Assembly (NCBI RefSeq): GCF_001194135.2
Contig: NC_068992.1
Location: 61,343,496-61,401,764 of the forward strand
From: Octopus bimaculoides
Taxonomy: Eukaryota
Length of the DNA stretch: 58,269 nucleotides
Direction: 5' to 3'
The position numbers and the translations under genes were made by a program. Below are positions 23,695-36,879 of this stretch, in pieces. Below the pieces are notes generated by a model that was not told the DNA's origin, did not search any database, and worked only from the letters and a program-made list of their open reading frames with translations. Each line of letters starts with the position of its first letter. The first letter of the stretch is position 1.

Positions 23695-24141
23695 ATCCGA
23701 AAAGAAGCGTTACACCCCAACAAGCGTGCAGTTGTGATTGCGACTTGAATTGATTCCCCCCACCGCCTTAGGATGTAGGCGTGAACAAACAATATAGGAC
23801 AACCGGTGTACCACTAGAAGATGGCCTTTTAAACAATAATATTAAATGATAGATAGATAGATAGATGGACGGATAGATAGATAGATAGATAGATGGACGG
23901 ACGGACGGATAGATAGATAGATAGATAGATAGATGTTTGGAGATGCAAACAGGGAAAACAGAACTCAAAACATGAGTATATTTATAGTCGCAGGAGTGGC
24001 TGTGTGGTAAGCTTGCTTCCAAACCACATGGTTCCGGATTCAGTCCCACCGCGTGGCACCTTCAACAAGTGTCTTCTACTATAACCTCGAGCTTTGTGAG
24101 CGGATTTGGCAGACGGAAACTGAAAGAAGCCCATCGTATGC

Positions 24142-24199
<58 letters not shown>

Positions 24200-25031
24200 A
24201 TTTGTTTGTCCTGGCACCAGCGGTTGACAACCGATGTTAGTGTGTTTGCGTCCTCGTAACTTAACGGTTCGGCAAAACACACTGATAGCATAAGTACNNN
24301 NNNNNNNACCGATGTTAGTGTGTTTGCGTCCTCGTAACTTAACGGTTCGGCAAAACACACTGATAGCATAAGTACTGGGCTTACAAAGAATAAGTCCTGG
24401 GGTCGATTTGTTCGACTAAAGGCGGTGCTCCAGCATAGCCGCAGTCAAATGACTGAAACAAATAAAAGAGTGTATATATATATATGTGTGTGTGTGTGTG
24501 TTTGTATGTTTGTATGTATGTAAGAGTAAACGTGTTTTTGCTTTTCAGTTTTTTATGGCATTTTTCTTTGATGTTATTTAGCCCCAGGTCAGCTTCGATT
24601 GAGCTAACTTTCAATCATGGGTATTCCATCTACTACTATCTCCTCTTTCATTTCCATTTTTATTTGTTTTATTTATTTATTTTTCTCTTGTGTGCAACGA
24701 ATGCAGGACCACATTGTCTGCCGTGACCCTTTTTAAGATAAATGGGTGCGCTTTCAGGAAATTTTAGCTCCTATGTCTAGCAGATCAAACAGTTACGTAG
24801 GAACTTCCGCGATAGCATGTGTGACAATTTGTCTTTGTAGTGGTGATCATAACAGGAAAGGCGATAGTGATGGTGGTGATGGTAACAGCGGGGCGGTGAG
24901 CGTGTCAGCGGTGGCGGTGGCGTCGGAGGTGGTGGTGGCGGAAGTGCTGATGGCTGTAGTAGAGATAACGTTGTTGCGTTGTTTTTATTGTAGATATATA
25001 TTTCTCTAGATTTTAACTCAAGACTGTGAGT

Positions 25032-25041
25032 TGCGCATGCG
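25032..25041. promoter_or_regulatory. NRF1-like motif TGCGCATGCG in a CpG-enriched patch
   Basis: Matches the YGCGCATGCG core; about 1.3 kb upstream of the ARRDC ATG. Motif only. Confidence 0.3.
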
Positions 25042-25369
25042 TAGTAAAACTTAAGCAGTTACTTTCAATTTCTCATCGAGTTGCGCAAAGACCTTCTCAT
25101 AACAACACCTCACTCCTCCACGAAGCACTTTTACACTGTTCTCTGGCAGGCATCAAGGAAGCCCTTAACCTTCCAATACCAACTACAATATAATCAGCGG
25201 CTGCTAAGCGGAATGACAGGAATTGTGACACCGAGCATCATCATAAATAAACCTTTTTATTATGTTGTTAATTGTTCTAATGTCTCTTCATTTATAATGC
25301 TGTTGAAAGGTGATAGAGAGACTAAAGTCTACGACAACTATCTAACCTTTACAAGTAAAAGCAGGAACT

Positions 25370-25760
25370 GATCTTGGGAATCCATCACTGAGCAATTGAT
25401 GAACTTGTTGATATGAATGGTGTGTCCTGGATCTCCTGCCAACGAATTTAGAGTGAGGTATTCCAATTGAAAAGTGTTACAGTAAAACTTGTGCCTCATG
25501 GAAGATCAAAAGTGGTCGCAACTGAATGTGTGTTGTGAACTCAAAGAAACTGATCCAGACCTATTTTTGAAGGTCATCACTTGTGACAAAAACTGGTGCC
25601 ATGGAATTTTCAGATGTGGAAGAGGTAAAGAAAAAAATGATGGAGGCGATAAAGAGTTTCAGCACTACTTTGAACAGTGGAAAATGTGTCTGGACTGATG
25701 CATTGCTTCAAATGGAGAATACTTTGAAGGCAATAAAAGAGTAAACGTGTGAAACTAAGT
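25370..25760 (+). mobile_element. Internally deleted mariner remnant
   Basis: Degenerate DPDLFLKVITCDKNWC and FEQWKMCLD*CIASNGEYFEG segments. Confidence 0.7.
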
Positions 25761-26862
25761 AAATAAAATAATACTGGGAAATTCTGGTTTCTTTTGAATA
25801 TTCTGGTTTCATATATATACAGTAGAATAAAAGATAGAAAATATTTGGTATTATATATTTGAAAGAATGAATAGAAATATCTTTTCTGATAATTTTTCTA
25901 CTTTAATAATTAGCTGTTTGTAATTATAAGGTGTTTACTTAATGTCACTCTGACAGGAGTTGCTTACTTAAAAGTGGTTTTCAAACTGATATTTTAGAGT
26001 TTGTTTAAATAGGGAGTGATTAATTACAAACATACACATATACAAATACTAACACCTCCCCTGAACACACACATACATATATCCATACATAAACACGTAC
26101 ATAAACACATACATAGAGAGATGTACACACACATACGTAAACACACATAAACATGTACATACGCAAAAACAGAACCTTACACATACATACATGCAAAAAA
26201 GACACAAACACACATACATATATTCATTCACATATATTCAAATATATATACATACAGACACACACAAAGAAAAATAATTATAGGAGGGGAGAAGGAGAAT
26301 TAAGTTGGTCAAGAATAATGATTTGGAATTTTTTGATGTGGTCGTTTTAGGTACCTCTGTCATTTACAGAGCTTTATAGAACCGTTTCATGCCAAAAAGG
26401 AAAATTTGAATGCACATGCCATACAATTTGTGGTATTCGTGATGTGACCCACTTTAAACACTTCTGTCATATTTACTAATATAAGTAAAAGATCATTGAT
26501 TAATCTATAACTGAATTGCATGGGTACAAGTTGAATAGGGTGATAAAGAAGAATAATAAAAAAGGAAGAGAAGAAGGGGAGGTGTCATTTTGAGAATAAA
26601 ATACTTGGCTACTATTATAAAACTGGATTCCGGTTGATTGAGTCAGTCTGCAGAGGCCATTGGCACAGGGATTTAAATAGTGTTGAGTTGGTGGAATCAT
26701 GAGAGCTTCAGATTAAATGCTTTGCAGAATTCACCCCAGATCTCAGCAATTCAGAATTCAAATCCTGCCAAAGTCAGCATTGTGATCCATCTCTTTGGGG
26801 TTGGTGGATAAATTACCAACCTTTACTGGTGTAGGTACTGCATCTTCTTTCTATCTGGCTGA

Positions 26863-26937
<75 letters not shown>

Positions 26938-27368
26938 ACGGAAGAATCATAGAATTAAATATTAGTTCCAGTTTTTTCACTGATGGAAGTGAATAAAAGT
27001 GAAAGATAAATCTTGATTGTTAATAATTAGCATCACATATAATGAAAGACATCTTTTATCTTTTACTTGTTTCAGTCATTGGACTGCAGCCATGCTAGAG
27101 CACTGCCTTGAATGGCTTTAGTCAAACAAATCAGCTTCATTACTTATTCATTTGAAATTTGGTACATATATGTTACTGGTCTGTTCCCTGCTAATGGGGA
27201 ATATAGTTCATATAATCTTTTATCTCTCATTTACTTGTTTTCAACCATTAGACTGTGGCCATGCTGGGGCACCACCTTGAAGAATTCTAGTCGACTGAAT
27301 CAAACCCAGTATTTTTCTTCTTGAGCTTGTTACTTATTTTATTGGTCACTTTCGCCAGATCACTAGTG

Positions 27369-27740
27369 TTACAAGGACATGAATACACCAGTACTGGTTG
27401 TCAAAAAGTGGTGAGGGACAAACACAGACGCACATACACTGATCCCCTGGCAGTTGATGGAATCTATTTTCTGCACATTTTTAACATTTATTATACCTGT
27501 ACATCTTCCACATACAAAACTTACTTTTCCTGTTAACCTTCTGGTATTGCTGCACTTTTTATATGTCCAAAGCGTACATTGGGTGTATCTTATGGAGTTT
27601 CTACCTACTCTTTTTCTACAGACTGAACAGGGCCATCTGTCTGAAGGGATTTGTGATTTGTCTGCCTTCCTACTTACTAAGACTTTGGTTTTTGCTAGAT
27701 TGATTCTAAGACCCTTTGATTCTAGAATTTCTCCTCTAGT
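27369..27740 (-). mobile_element. RTE-clade LINE remnant
   Basis: LESKGLRINLAKTKVLVS...WPCSVCRKRVGRNSIRYTQCTLWTYKKCS; same region as 39430-39870 and 53900-54100. Confidence 0.85.
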
Positions 27741-28536
27741 TCTTCTGCTGAGGTTGACTTTGCCTTTCATCATTTTGGGTTTGATAAAATAAGTATCGGT
27801 TGAGTACTGGAGTCGATGTGATCGACTGTTCCATTCCCCATAAAATTCAGACCATGTACCTATAGTAGAAAGGATTATTATTATTATTATTCGAAGGCAG
27901 TGAGTGACAGAATTGTCAGCATGCCAGGCAATAGCTGTATTTCACTCATTGCTCTGATTTGAGTTCAAATTCTGCCGAGGTTGACTTTACCTTTCATCCT
28001 TTCAGGGTCGATGAAATAAGTACCAGCTGAAGACTGGGGTTGATGTAATCAACTCATCTCCACCTCCCCCAGGCTGCACCTGTGACAAAAATTTGAAATA
28101 ATAATAAGTATAGTTATTATCATTTTAAGGCAGTGAGCTGGCAGAACTGTTAGTGTGCCGGACAAAATCTCTACATTCTGAGTTCAGATTCTGCCAAGTT
28201 CGATTTTGCCTTTCATCCTTTCAGGGTTGATAAATTAAGTACCAGTCGAGTTCTGGTGTCGATGTAATCGACTTAACCACTCCCCACAAATTTTAGGCCT
28301 CGTGCCTTGAGTACAAAGGATTATTATCATTATTATTCTAAAAGATAGCACTTGTGGACCTGGTGCCTATAAAATTCGTAGAAACTGAGCATTTTTATAT
28401 TTTTTACCTACTTGTTTTTTTATGTGACACCCTTTTTTCGTGTCATTCCGTCCATCTATCTCTTATTTTCTCTCATTGCCTGTCTCTCTATCTCTCTGTC
28501 TTTCTTTCTCTATCTCTCTGTCTTTCTCTCTCTCTT

Positions 28537-28580
<44 letters not shown>

Positions 28581-28701
28581 GTTTTTATTCTCTTGTTGCT
28601 CTTACGAATTGCCTGCCTCTCTTTCACAACCCAATTCATCTGTTCATCTCTTTTTCCTTATTCACCCAACTGTTAATCACGCAATTTTATTCACTAACTT
28701 C

Positions 28702-28753
<52 letters not shown>

Positions 28754-29909
28754 CCTCACTTTTAATCACTTTTCTCATCTTTCAAAACATACACTCTTCC
28801 TCTTCCCCTTTTTCTCTTTCGATTTTTTTAAAACTACCAATATGTATGTTTTTATTATTATTTTTGATTTCTTTGTAAGTATTGTGTAACATGAAATTGT
28901 GGACTTAAACTAAATAGGAAATCAATATTGTTATTATTGATGCCTGTAAGCTTAATAAATATTTTTAATGGGTCACTTTCACTTAGTCAAACTTAAGCTT
29001 AACTGTGGAAGACTTGCCATTGATCTGCAGTTTGTTTGTTACAGAATGTTCTTTGGGAAGCAATCAAGAATTTTGTTGTGTTACTGAATTTTATTTTCTG
29101 TCGTTGATATCTCTTTAATTTTGTGTTGTTAGTCTTTTTAACCCAATATTTTATATGCTATTATTTATAATTTTATCATGTTTTCACCTTAAATAAATTA
29201 TATATATGATTTTCATCTTTGTATTAAATATGTATATCTGTTAATTTCTATTTAAATTTATAGTCATTTTTTGTCATTTACGAAAATAATTTACTTTCAC
29301 TTTTTCATGATGATAAACTGCATTTGAACTGAGTTTATTTGCAAACAACTAGCCGATAGAAGTGCTGCCAGTCGAAAGCTTTGCTTAGTGGGTTCTAGCA
29401 GGTTTATGAGGTTATTGTTAAGTTCACTTTCCTTTGATGGATCTTTTCTGTTTGGCTTCATTTTGAAATTAAGTGAAAATTTCAAATTTGGTATATTGAT
29501 GTAATTTTGTAATTATGGAAGTTTTAATGAATAAAGTCATGTGAAATAATGGAACAGGCATGTAAATATGAAAAATTACCTAAAAAGATGAAAAGTAGAA
29601 ACTTTAGTTGTTGAAGTTGTGTGGCTCTGGCCCTGGTAATATTGTAAATTTCTAGTGATCTTTTTTGTTTGGCTGCTAATTTTCAGTCTCTTTAATTTCT
29701 GTTTGAACTGATTTCATATTCATTGTAATGATATAGCTATGTTATTAACTATTAAAGTTTGGAAATTTTGGGTAACTTTAGCCGATTGTAAGCCACAAAT
29801 ACATTCAAACCTGTTTCCATAATAACAAGCAAAAAAAAAAAAAACATAAGAACTCTTTTGTCTGCGAGAAAGCACGTGTTGACAAATATATTCGAATCAT
29901 ATGGGTGGT

Positions 29910-30700
29910 TGTTTTATGTGCTAAAAACAGCGGCCAAATAGGTCTTAAATGACACATCAGAGGAGGATGTGGTTTTGTACTTGCAAGAAAAGGGTATTAT
30001 ACCCAAAAGAAAATTATGCAGAATGAAGAAGCATTTTATGAGTACAAGAAAATGTGGTGGGAATATGTACAGGATGCATAGAGTCTGTGTCAGTGAGGAA
30101 AGACACATGGTTTGAAGGTAGAACCCTTCCTCTTAAGACTGTAGTGCTTTTCCTTTACTCATGGGTTAAGCAATTGACTTCAGTCCAGTTTTGTGCTGAG
30201 GGGATGAGCCATTTCACAGCTGTTGATTATAACAGCTATGTTAGGGAAGAATTTGCAGAGGCCCTGCTCTGTCATTTAGTTAAAGTTAGTGGTCCTGAGA
30301 AAATCGTCAACATCGATGAAACAATCTTTTCAAGATGATGTGTACAACTGAGGAAGCTACTTGAGCAGGGAGTTTTTCAGAGGAGTGTGTTGCTAGACCA
30401 GACAGGTTTTTCTTTATGCTGTGCCATGTCAGAATCATGTCATACTGGAGGAATGCATACATTACTTGATTCTTCCAGGAACCACAATTTTCAGCGATTT
30501 GTTGAGGGCGTACTTTCACATTCCTGAAATTGATGGTTACAATTTTGAGCATAGAAAGGTGAACCACAGCTTTGGGTTTGTTAACTCGAAAGATGGTACC
30601 CACACTCAACAAGTAGAGAGTACATGGGCCTCTGTAAAACAAGGTAATAAATGATGCTGTAGTACTCACTGTTCTAGGCAGATTCATATTTCTGTGGATT
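29910..30700 (+). mobile_element. Merlin / IS1595-ISXO2-like DDE transposase remnant
   Basis: GPEKIVNIDETIFS, ILPGTTIFSDLLRAY and HRKVNHSFGFVNSKDGTHTQQVESTW match ISXO2-like motifs (V.IDE, TI.SD, VNH..F....G.HTQ.IE..W); stops and frameshifts present. Confidence 0.88.
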
Positions 30701-30884
30701 TATGTGGCTCAGGAGTTATGAAAATGTTCGAATACATTTCTAACTTTCATTTTCAGTAAACCGGTCAATGAAAAGTTTGTTTTCTAAAATTTAGGATAAA
30801 TGTAAACAAGCAATATTTAATTTGTAATGTGCTATTTTGTTTTTGGATAAATCTTGTAAGTCTGTGCTAAAAGTTTCGGTAAAT

Positions 30885-31965
30885 TTTGATCCTTTCACCC
30901 ACACGATTTTCACTAAGGAAAAAAAACTTGAATTTTTGGCATGGAATCAAGTACCCTGACCACCTGATATGCTGCAAACTCATTATTTTTGTTCAGAAAA
31001 TAGTGGGGTGGGAAACCAGACCCCCTTCCATATCCCAGAATCGTTGTAAATTTTTTTTCTTGTAGAATGAATTTCAGTAACCTCCTAACTTGCTACAAAA
31101 CCCTTTTTGGGGTCTGGAAAATGGGGTGGGTGAGGTGGAAGCCTCGGAAATTTCACCTCCACCCCATTGATCTTTTCCGAACAAAAATAAGGGGTTTGTA
31201 GCATATTAGGAGGTCAGAGTACATGATTCCATGCAAAAAATCTGACTTCTTTTTTCTTAGTGAAAATCATGGAAAGCAAATTTAAACAATGATGATGATG
31301 TGTAACAATATATATAATTATGATAGATTGCTACCCATTCAATGTTTAAGTAAACTTCATCACCCATTCACTCACTCTCTCTCTCGTACATATATTATAT
31401 CCAGTGATTTTAAGAGGTAGGGAAAAGATATTTTGTTAATATACTTTTACTTTGTTTCACACATGCATGCAAAAACTCTAACAGGTTTTTTTTTTAGATG
31501 AATTTATCATTTGTTATCTCTCCACACCTTTTGTTACCACTAACTTCTATAACCTCTGCATTTTCACTTATTCATTTCAAACTGCTTTGAATTTTCAATC
31601 TAATGTAATCCACACTCTCTTGAAAACGTATTTCTGCAAAATGTTATCTAAAATTACAGGTAAAGAAAGAAATAGCAAAAAATATTTGAAAATGGGAGTG
31701 GAGGAAAATTTCCAAGGGTTCCACCCCACTCCACCCCATTTTCCGGACCCAGAAAAGGGTTTTGTAGCATATTAGGTCACTGGTATTCAGTCAACAAAAA
31801 AAAAAGATTTCCAATGATTCCAGGATATGGGGGAGGGGTCCGGTTTCCCACCCTGCTTTTTTCCGAACAAAAATAAGTGTTTGCAGCATATTAGGATGTC
31901 AGGTACTTGATTCCACACAAAAAATTCGATTTTTTTTTCTTAGTGAAAATCATGTGTGAAAGAAT
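30885..31965. repeat. Nested inverted repeats: self-inverted MITE (about 30910-31270) plus an inverted partial copy (about 31690-31965)
   Basis: TTTTCACTAAG...CTTAGTGAAAA termini; 31690-31965 is the reverse complement of 30885-31185. Confidence 0.85.
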
Positions 31966-32449
31966 CAAATAATACCTAAGTTTCTTATTTTGAGAAATGT
32001 TTCATTTTTAATGTGCTGTTTATTGCATTAAATGCATTTTGAATGCTTTAAACTACAAAATACATGTTATTTATTTGTTCTTTTTTCTGTCATTGAGGTG
32101 GTTATGAGGTGTGCAAAGATTACAGCGAAATAGGCCTTAAATCATGCATCCCCCAACAATTTTTTCAGCATAATTGTATGAACTCCTGTGAGTAGAATAT
32201 AAATTTGCAAAAACTTTCTGAAAATTCGAAAAGCTTAAAAAGTTTTGAGGGGACATATGTTCTGTGTAATTCATTTGTTTATGGTTTTATGTAAAAATAC
32301 ATGTGCTATTTCCAGGATGTTGACAAAATGTGCAGTCGTGCACAAAATGACAGCTTCCAAATCCTGTTTCCTGACTGGGTGAAAATTATCAAACTTTAAA
32401 CCTCAATAACTTCTTTAAAAAAAAATTTCTGGAAAAAGTGAAATATCTC

Positions 32450-33034
32450 GGATCTTTTTTAAAACGGGGGCCACATTTTTCATTAATGTTTTACGTAGTG
32501 TTTTTGGTACCGAAAGACTTTCAAACTTCGTATACTTATCTATTTTGTGTTATAGAACAGAAAAATATTTTTGTATTCGAATTTATTTCATGTAAAAAAT
32601 TGTCTTATTTCGATAATTTCAACCAATCACTGACAAGTATTCAGTTGTTTATATTTACTCCTTTGGCTGATTAAGCCATAACTTCGTTTTATTTGCTTTT
32701 TTCATTTTCTTTTTTTCTTCTTCGTTTTATTTGCTTTTTTCTTTTTAAATTTGCTGTTTTACCCTAACCCTAACCCTAACCCTATCACCGATAGAATTGT
32801 TTCAGAATCGTTTGTTTATGTAGTCGGCACTTAATGTATATCGGCTGAATGGACATCAGTGATTGGTTGAAATTACAGAAATACGACAACTTTAACATGG
32901 AATAACTTAGGGATTTCTTTTTTTTTTAAGAAGACTAAGAGAAAAAGATGTTTTATATGACACATTCTACCAGTGTTCCAAGTTTCAAAGTGTTTCGTTA
33001 ATGAAAAATGTGGCCCCCGTTTTAAAAAAGATCC
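32450..33034. mobile_element. 585 bp MITE with perfect 37 bp TIRs and an 8 bp TSD
   Basis: TIR GGATCTTTTTTAAAACGGGGGCCACATTTTTCATTAA at 32450-32486 and its exact reverse complement at 32998-33034; AATATCTC at 32442-32449 and 33035-33042; internal (TAACCC)n. Confidence 0.95.
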
Positions 33035-33520
33035 AATATCTCCAGCAATTCAGCTTGGAAAACTACATTAATGAACCAAATTTTAAAATTTTCAATAAAC
33101 TTTGATTTTTTTGAAATCTTGGCAGCCAAACAGGAATGACCCATTTCTGGTTTGAAATGAGTCATGATTAAGAACACAAAGAAATACAAAGGTTTTAATT
33201 GATTGCCACATTTTATTTTGACGCCTAATTAGGGTAGAGTAAGCTGGTACATGAATAATACTGTTAGAAAATATACACTTAGTTTCTCATGCAGTTGGTA
33301 CTTGGCAATGTGTGCTGGATGGAACACAGCGGTGTGTCAATACTCTCTGCTGAATAACTCTCTTCTCTGAGCTAGCTTACAGGAAATTCTTTATTTATAG
33401 CTGTCATGAGGCTCCGGCAAACCAACACAGTTTGCCACACTTTGCTGGTCTGGCAAGTGGTCTGATTGGATAACATAAAGCATCCAATTGCCACAAATGG
33501 GCTTGGTCAATGTGTAAACT

Positions 33521-33530
33521 GTCACGTGAC
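33521..33530. promoter_or_regulatory. Palindromic E-box GTCACGTGAC with nearby CCAAT boxes
   Basis: 10-bp palindrome; ATTGG at 33465-33469 and CCAAT at 33484-33488. Motif only. Confidence 0.3.
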
Positions 33531-34014
33531 CCTATCATATGACCACTTGCAGAAAACAAGTGTGATGAGCCGATATTTACCTATTTAAGTGTAATTGATT
33601 GAATAATAATAGCCATATCTCTGCTACAACTACCCTTGCATCAGTATAGTGCAGTTTTCAATTTCTCTGTCATATACAAAGAGTTACACAAGTTTGCAAG
33701 AGATGGGCAAGCAGTTAACACGACTTGGCATGTTACCATTGAAACAGGCATTAATACGTCCATGGATTTTGATTAGCTAAAATTACCCAAAATTTGCAAA
33801 CTTTAAAAGCTAGTAACTTTTTAGTTATTAATTTAAGATAAAAATGAATTTCATTTCCATAATTAGCATACAAGACTACATGAATACACTAAATTTGAAA
33901 TCAATTGGAACAAAATTGAGAGGAGTTGAAAATTGAAAGCCAAACAGAAAAGATCCTTTTCTTTCCATTGCCTCGTCACTGGCATAATTTGATGACAATA
34001 ATTGAAGATTTCTA

Positions 34015-34190
34015 GCAGATTTAGAGTTGAGCTTGTGGCAGTGGAGACCTCCAGCATTCTTGGCTCCTGGACCGCATCCCTGCTCATTACTATCAAGGTG
34101 GAAATAGCTGTCTGCAAGTGTGAGCCCCGGGATTCAGAGTGGCTGTTTCAGTGCATCTCTCTCATCATCCTCTAGGATAATTCCTTTTCT
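34015..34190 (+). mobile_element. RLE-type (CRE-like) LINE 3' remnant
   Basis: VAVETSSILGSW...CEPRDSEWLFQCISL; homologous to the inverted copy at 36490-36830. Confidence 0.65.
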
Positions 34191-35956
34191 ATTTTGTCTG
34201 CTGGTGCCAGGGAAGTAACCTATGACAATGTTTAACAGCAGATATCATAAATAATCTTTGTATAGTGTATAACAACATGTATTATACTAATAAGAGGGAG
34301 AAAAATATTATAAACACTGAAGTTTCCTTCTTTCTCTCCCCCACTCACTAATTTTACTTTTTTTTGTACGTTCCTTTCTTAGTTACATTCAACTCTAAGC
34401 AAGTCAGTTTCATACACTAACTAATTCTTTTGTCTTTTATGTCAGATGTACTTGTGTCTGCGTGTGTGTGTATATATATTTCTTTATTGATCAGAAAGTC
34501 TACTGTCTTGTTACAGGCTGAATTTAGGACGTGAGTCTTTTGTTATGCTTAGATTCAAATCTATTTTGTTATTCTTCACTATTTGTTGTATATAATATAA
34601 TATAATATAATATAATATAATTTTTCTTACTATAGTCACAATGCCCGATATTTTGTGGATCAGTGCTCAATTGGTACTTATTTTGTCAACCCTAAAAGGA
34701 TAAGAGGAAAAGTAGGCTCCAAAAGAAACCAACCTTTGAGTTTATATCACTCAGAAAAGATCTTTATTCATATTCATATATATACATACATATATACATA
34801 TACATATATATACATATGTACACACATATACATATGTAAATATACATATGTACATACATATACATACATTTATACATACATATACATATATACATACAGA
34901 CATACATACAAACACACACACACACATGTAGTCCTTTTTAAACAGACACTGGATGTTTGTCTCACATTTCAAGGCTCACAAAAGATCACAGTGACATCAA
35001 ATTCATGTCACAAGATAGATTCTCAGCTTCGGTTTTAATCAAAACTATATCCTCTCCAACATGCATTGAGCAGTCCTTTCTCATTCATTCGCAGGTGGGT
35101 ATAAAACTGATCTAATGAGTGGGTATTTGCTCTTCTAAAAATAATCTTATCCTATTGGTGTTATCCCATTGAGTTAAGATTGGGTTAGTGCTCTCCTATG
35201 CAAACTGATTCAGTTTACTTGTCTTGGCATTATGTCATAAAGAATATGTGAGTATGATATGGAGACTTCCACATACATTACGGTATCAAACTTTTGCTGT
35301 GGTATCGTTTTAGCTATTTTATTATTTTCATGACCTGCCCTATTTCAAAATTTAATAATACTAGTGTGTTAATAAAAACATTTTTAATGCTTAAGAAACT
35401 ACGTAGCATAAAATGGGTGTCATGTAAATGAGAGTGGAAACAATTTGTCATTTTATTCAAAATTTTGTACATCTTGTCACTAAAGGGTTCATGTTCCTAT
35501 TCTAACTTGGTATTGCACTATATTTTTTTTATCAAAGATTAGTTTACTATGAAGTCTTATAAACTAACTGATGTTAGTTGCAAAGAGGGTAGAGTACTAG
35601 ATGAGTTTTGAAAGGGGTTGATAATAATACTTTCTAATTTTGAAACATGGCCAGCAATTTTCTAGGAAAGCAAGAAAATCAAATACATCACAACATAATT
35701 CCAAATTAAATGTCACTAAGCATTTTGACCGATGTGCAAATGATTTTCCCACCTCGCTGCCTTGGCAGTGTTAATAATAATGGTTTCAGATTTTGGCAAA
35801 AGACTGGCAGTGGCCACGCTCAAAATAGTGTATTTTACGTGCTACCTGCACAGGAGCCAGTCCAGTGGCACTCGCAATGATCTCGCTCGAATGACATTTC
35901 ACTTGCCACCGGCACAAGTGTCAGGAAGGCGACGCTGGTAACAATCGCGCTATTAC

Positions 35957-35989
<33 letters not shown>

Positions 35990-36009
35990 CATCATCATTA
36001 TCCTTATCA

Positions 36010-36043
<34 letters not shown>

Positions 36044-36489
36044 GAGAGATAGCACTTGCATTTAAGTGGATTTTCGCCTGTCTTTACATTCTGGGTTCAA
36101 ATCCTGCTGAAGTTGACTTTGCTTTCTGTCCTCTCGGGGTTGATAAAACAAGTACCAATTGAGTACTGGGATTGATGTAATTGACTAGCTCCCTACCCTG
36201 AATTTACTGGCCTTGTGCCAAAATTTGAACCCAATATTTAACAATTATTCCTTAGTATAGCATTTATATAACATTTATATAATAAGCAAGAGGTAAAAGC
36301 ATCAAGACTTGATTCCAAAACCGTTTTGTTACAAAACCACTCATCTATTCATTTTGGATAGAGTGGTAACCCATGTCTTTGAAACATGGATTACTGGTTT
36401 AACAGTGTTTGTGTAATAGGCTACGAAATTCTTACATTTTCTGGATTTCCTGTAATTCAGACGCTTCATGATCCCAGCAAACAAAATGG

Positions 36490-36830
36490 AGAAGACATTA
36501 CTCTGGAAGATGGCGATTGAGATGCACTGGAACAGCCATTCTGACTACTAGGGCTTGCACTTGTGGATTGCCATCTCCACCTTGATAGTGGTGAGCAGGG
36601 ATGTTCTCCATGGGCTGAGAATGCCATAGGTTTCCACTATCATAAGCTCAACCATAAACCTGTTAGAGTGTGACTGATACTTTGACTAGCAGCAGTTGCT
36701 GCTAGAGAAGGTGTTGCATCGTTTGGGATTCTGGATGAGGGGCTTACTGCCATGGAACAGGAAAATTGTCATACCATGAGGCCTTTTACCATCCCTTCAG
36801 TTTAGCCTGACGGGCTCCTGCTGGGTTTAG
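36490..36830 (-). mobile_element. RLE-type (CRE-like) LINE 3' remnant
   Basis: RDGKRPHGMTIF...RFMVELMIVETYGILSP resembles the DGKRPDG.T endonuclease motif. Confidence 0.7.
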
Positions 36831-36879
36831 GCTGGGTTAGATTAATTTTATTTATAAAATCTGAGAGACCTTCACCATT

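Noticed and set aside
24229-24375. Direct repeats flanking 10-N gaps (also about 49480-49567 and 50470-50640)
   Set aside because: Identical sequence on both sides of fixed 10-N spacers is typical of unmerged contig overlaps, not biological duplication.
33703-33780. ATG GGC AAG (MGKQLTRLG...) as exon 1 of the ARRDC duplicate
   Set aside because: Only the first three codons match exon 1; the frame stops after 25 codons, and there is no donor or flanking homology.
34517-34536. Possible 14-nt micro-exon (TTACAG|GCTGAATTTAGGAC|GTGAGT)
   Set aside because: Splice-like motifs this short are expected by chance in 58 kb; no counterpart found in the gene copy.
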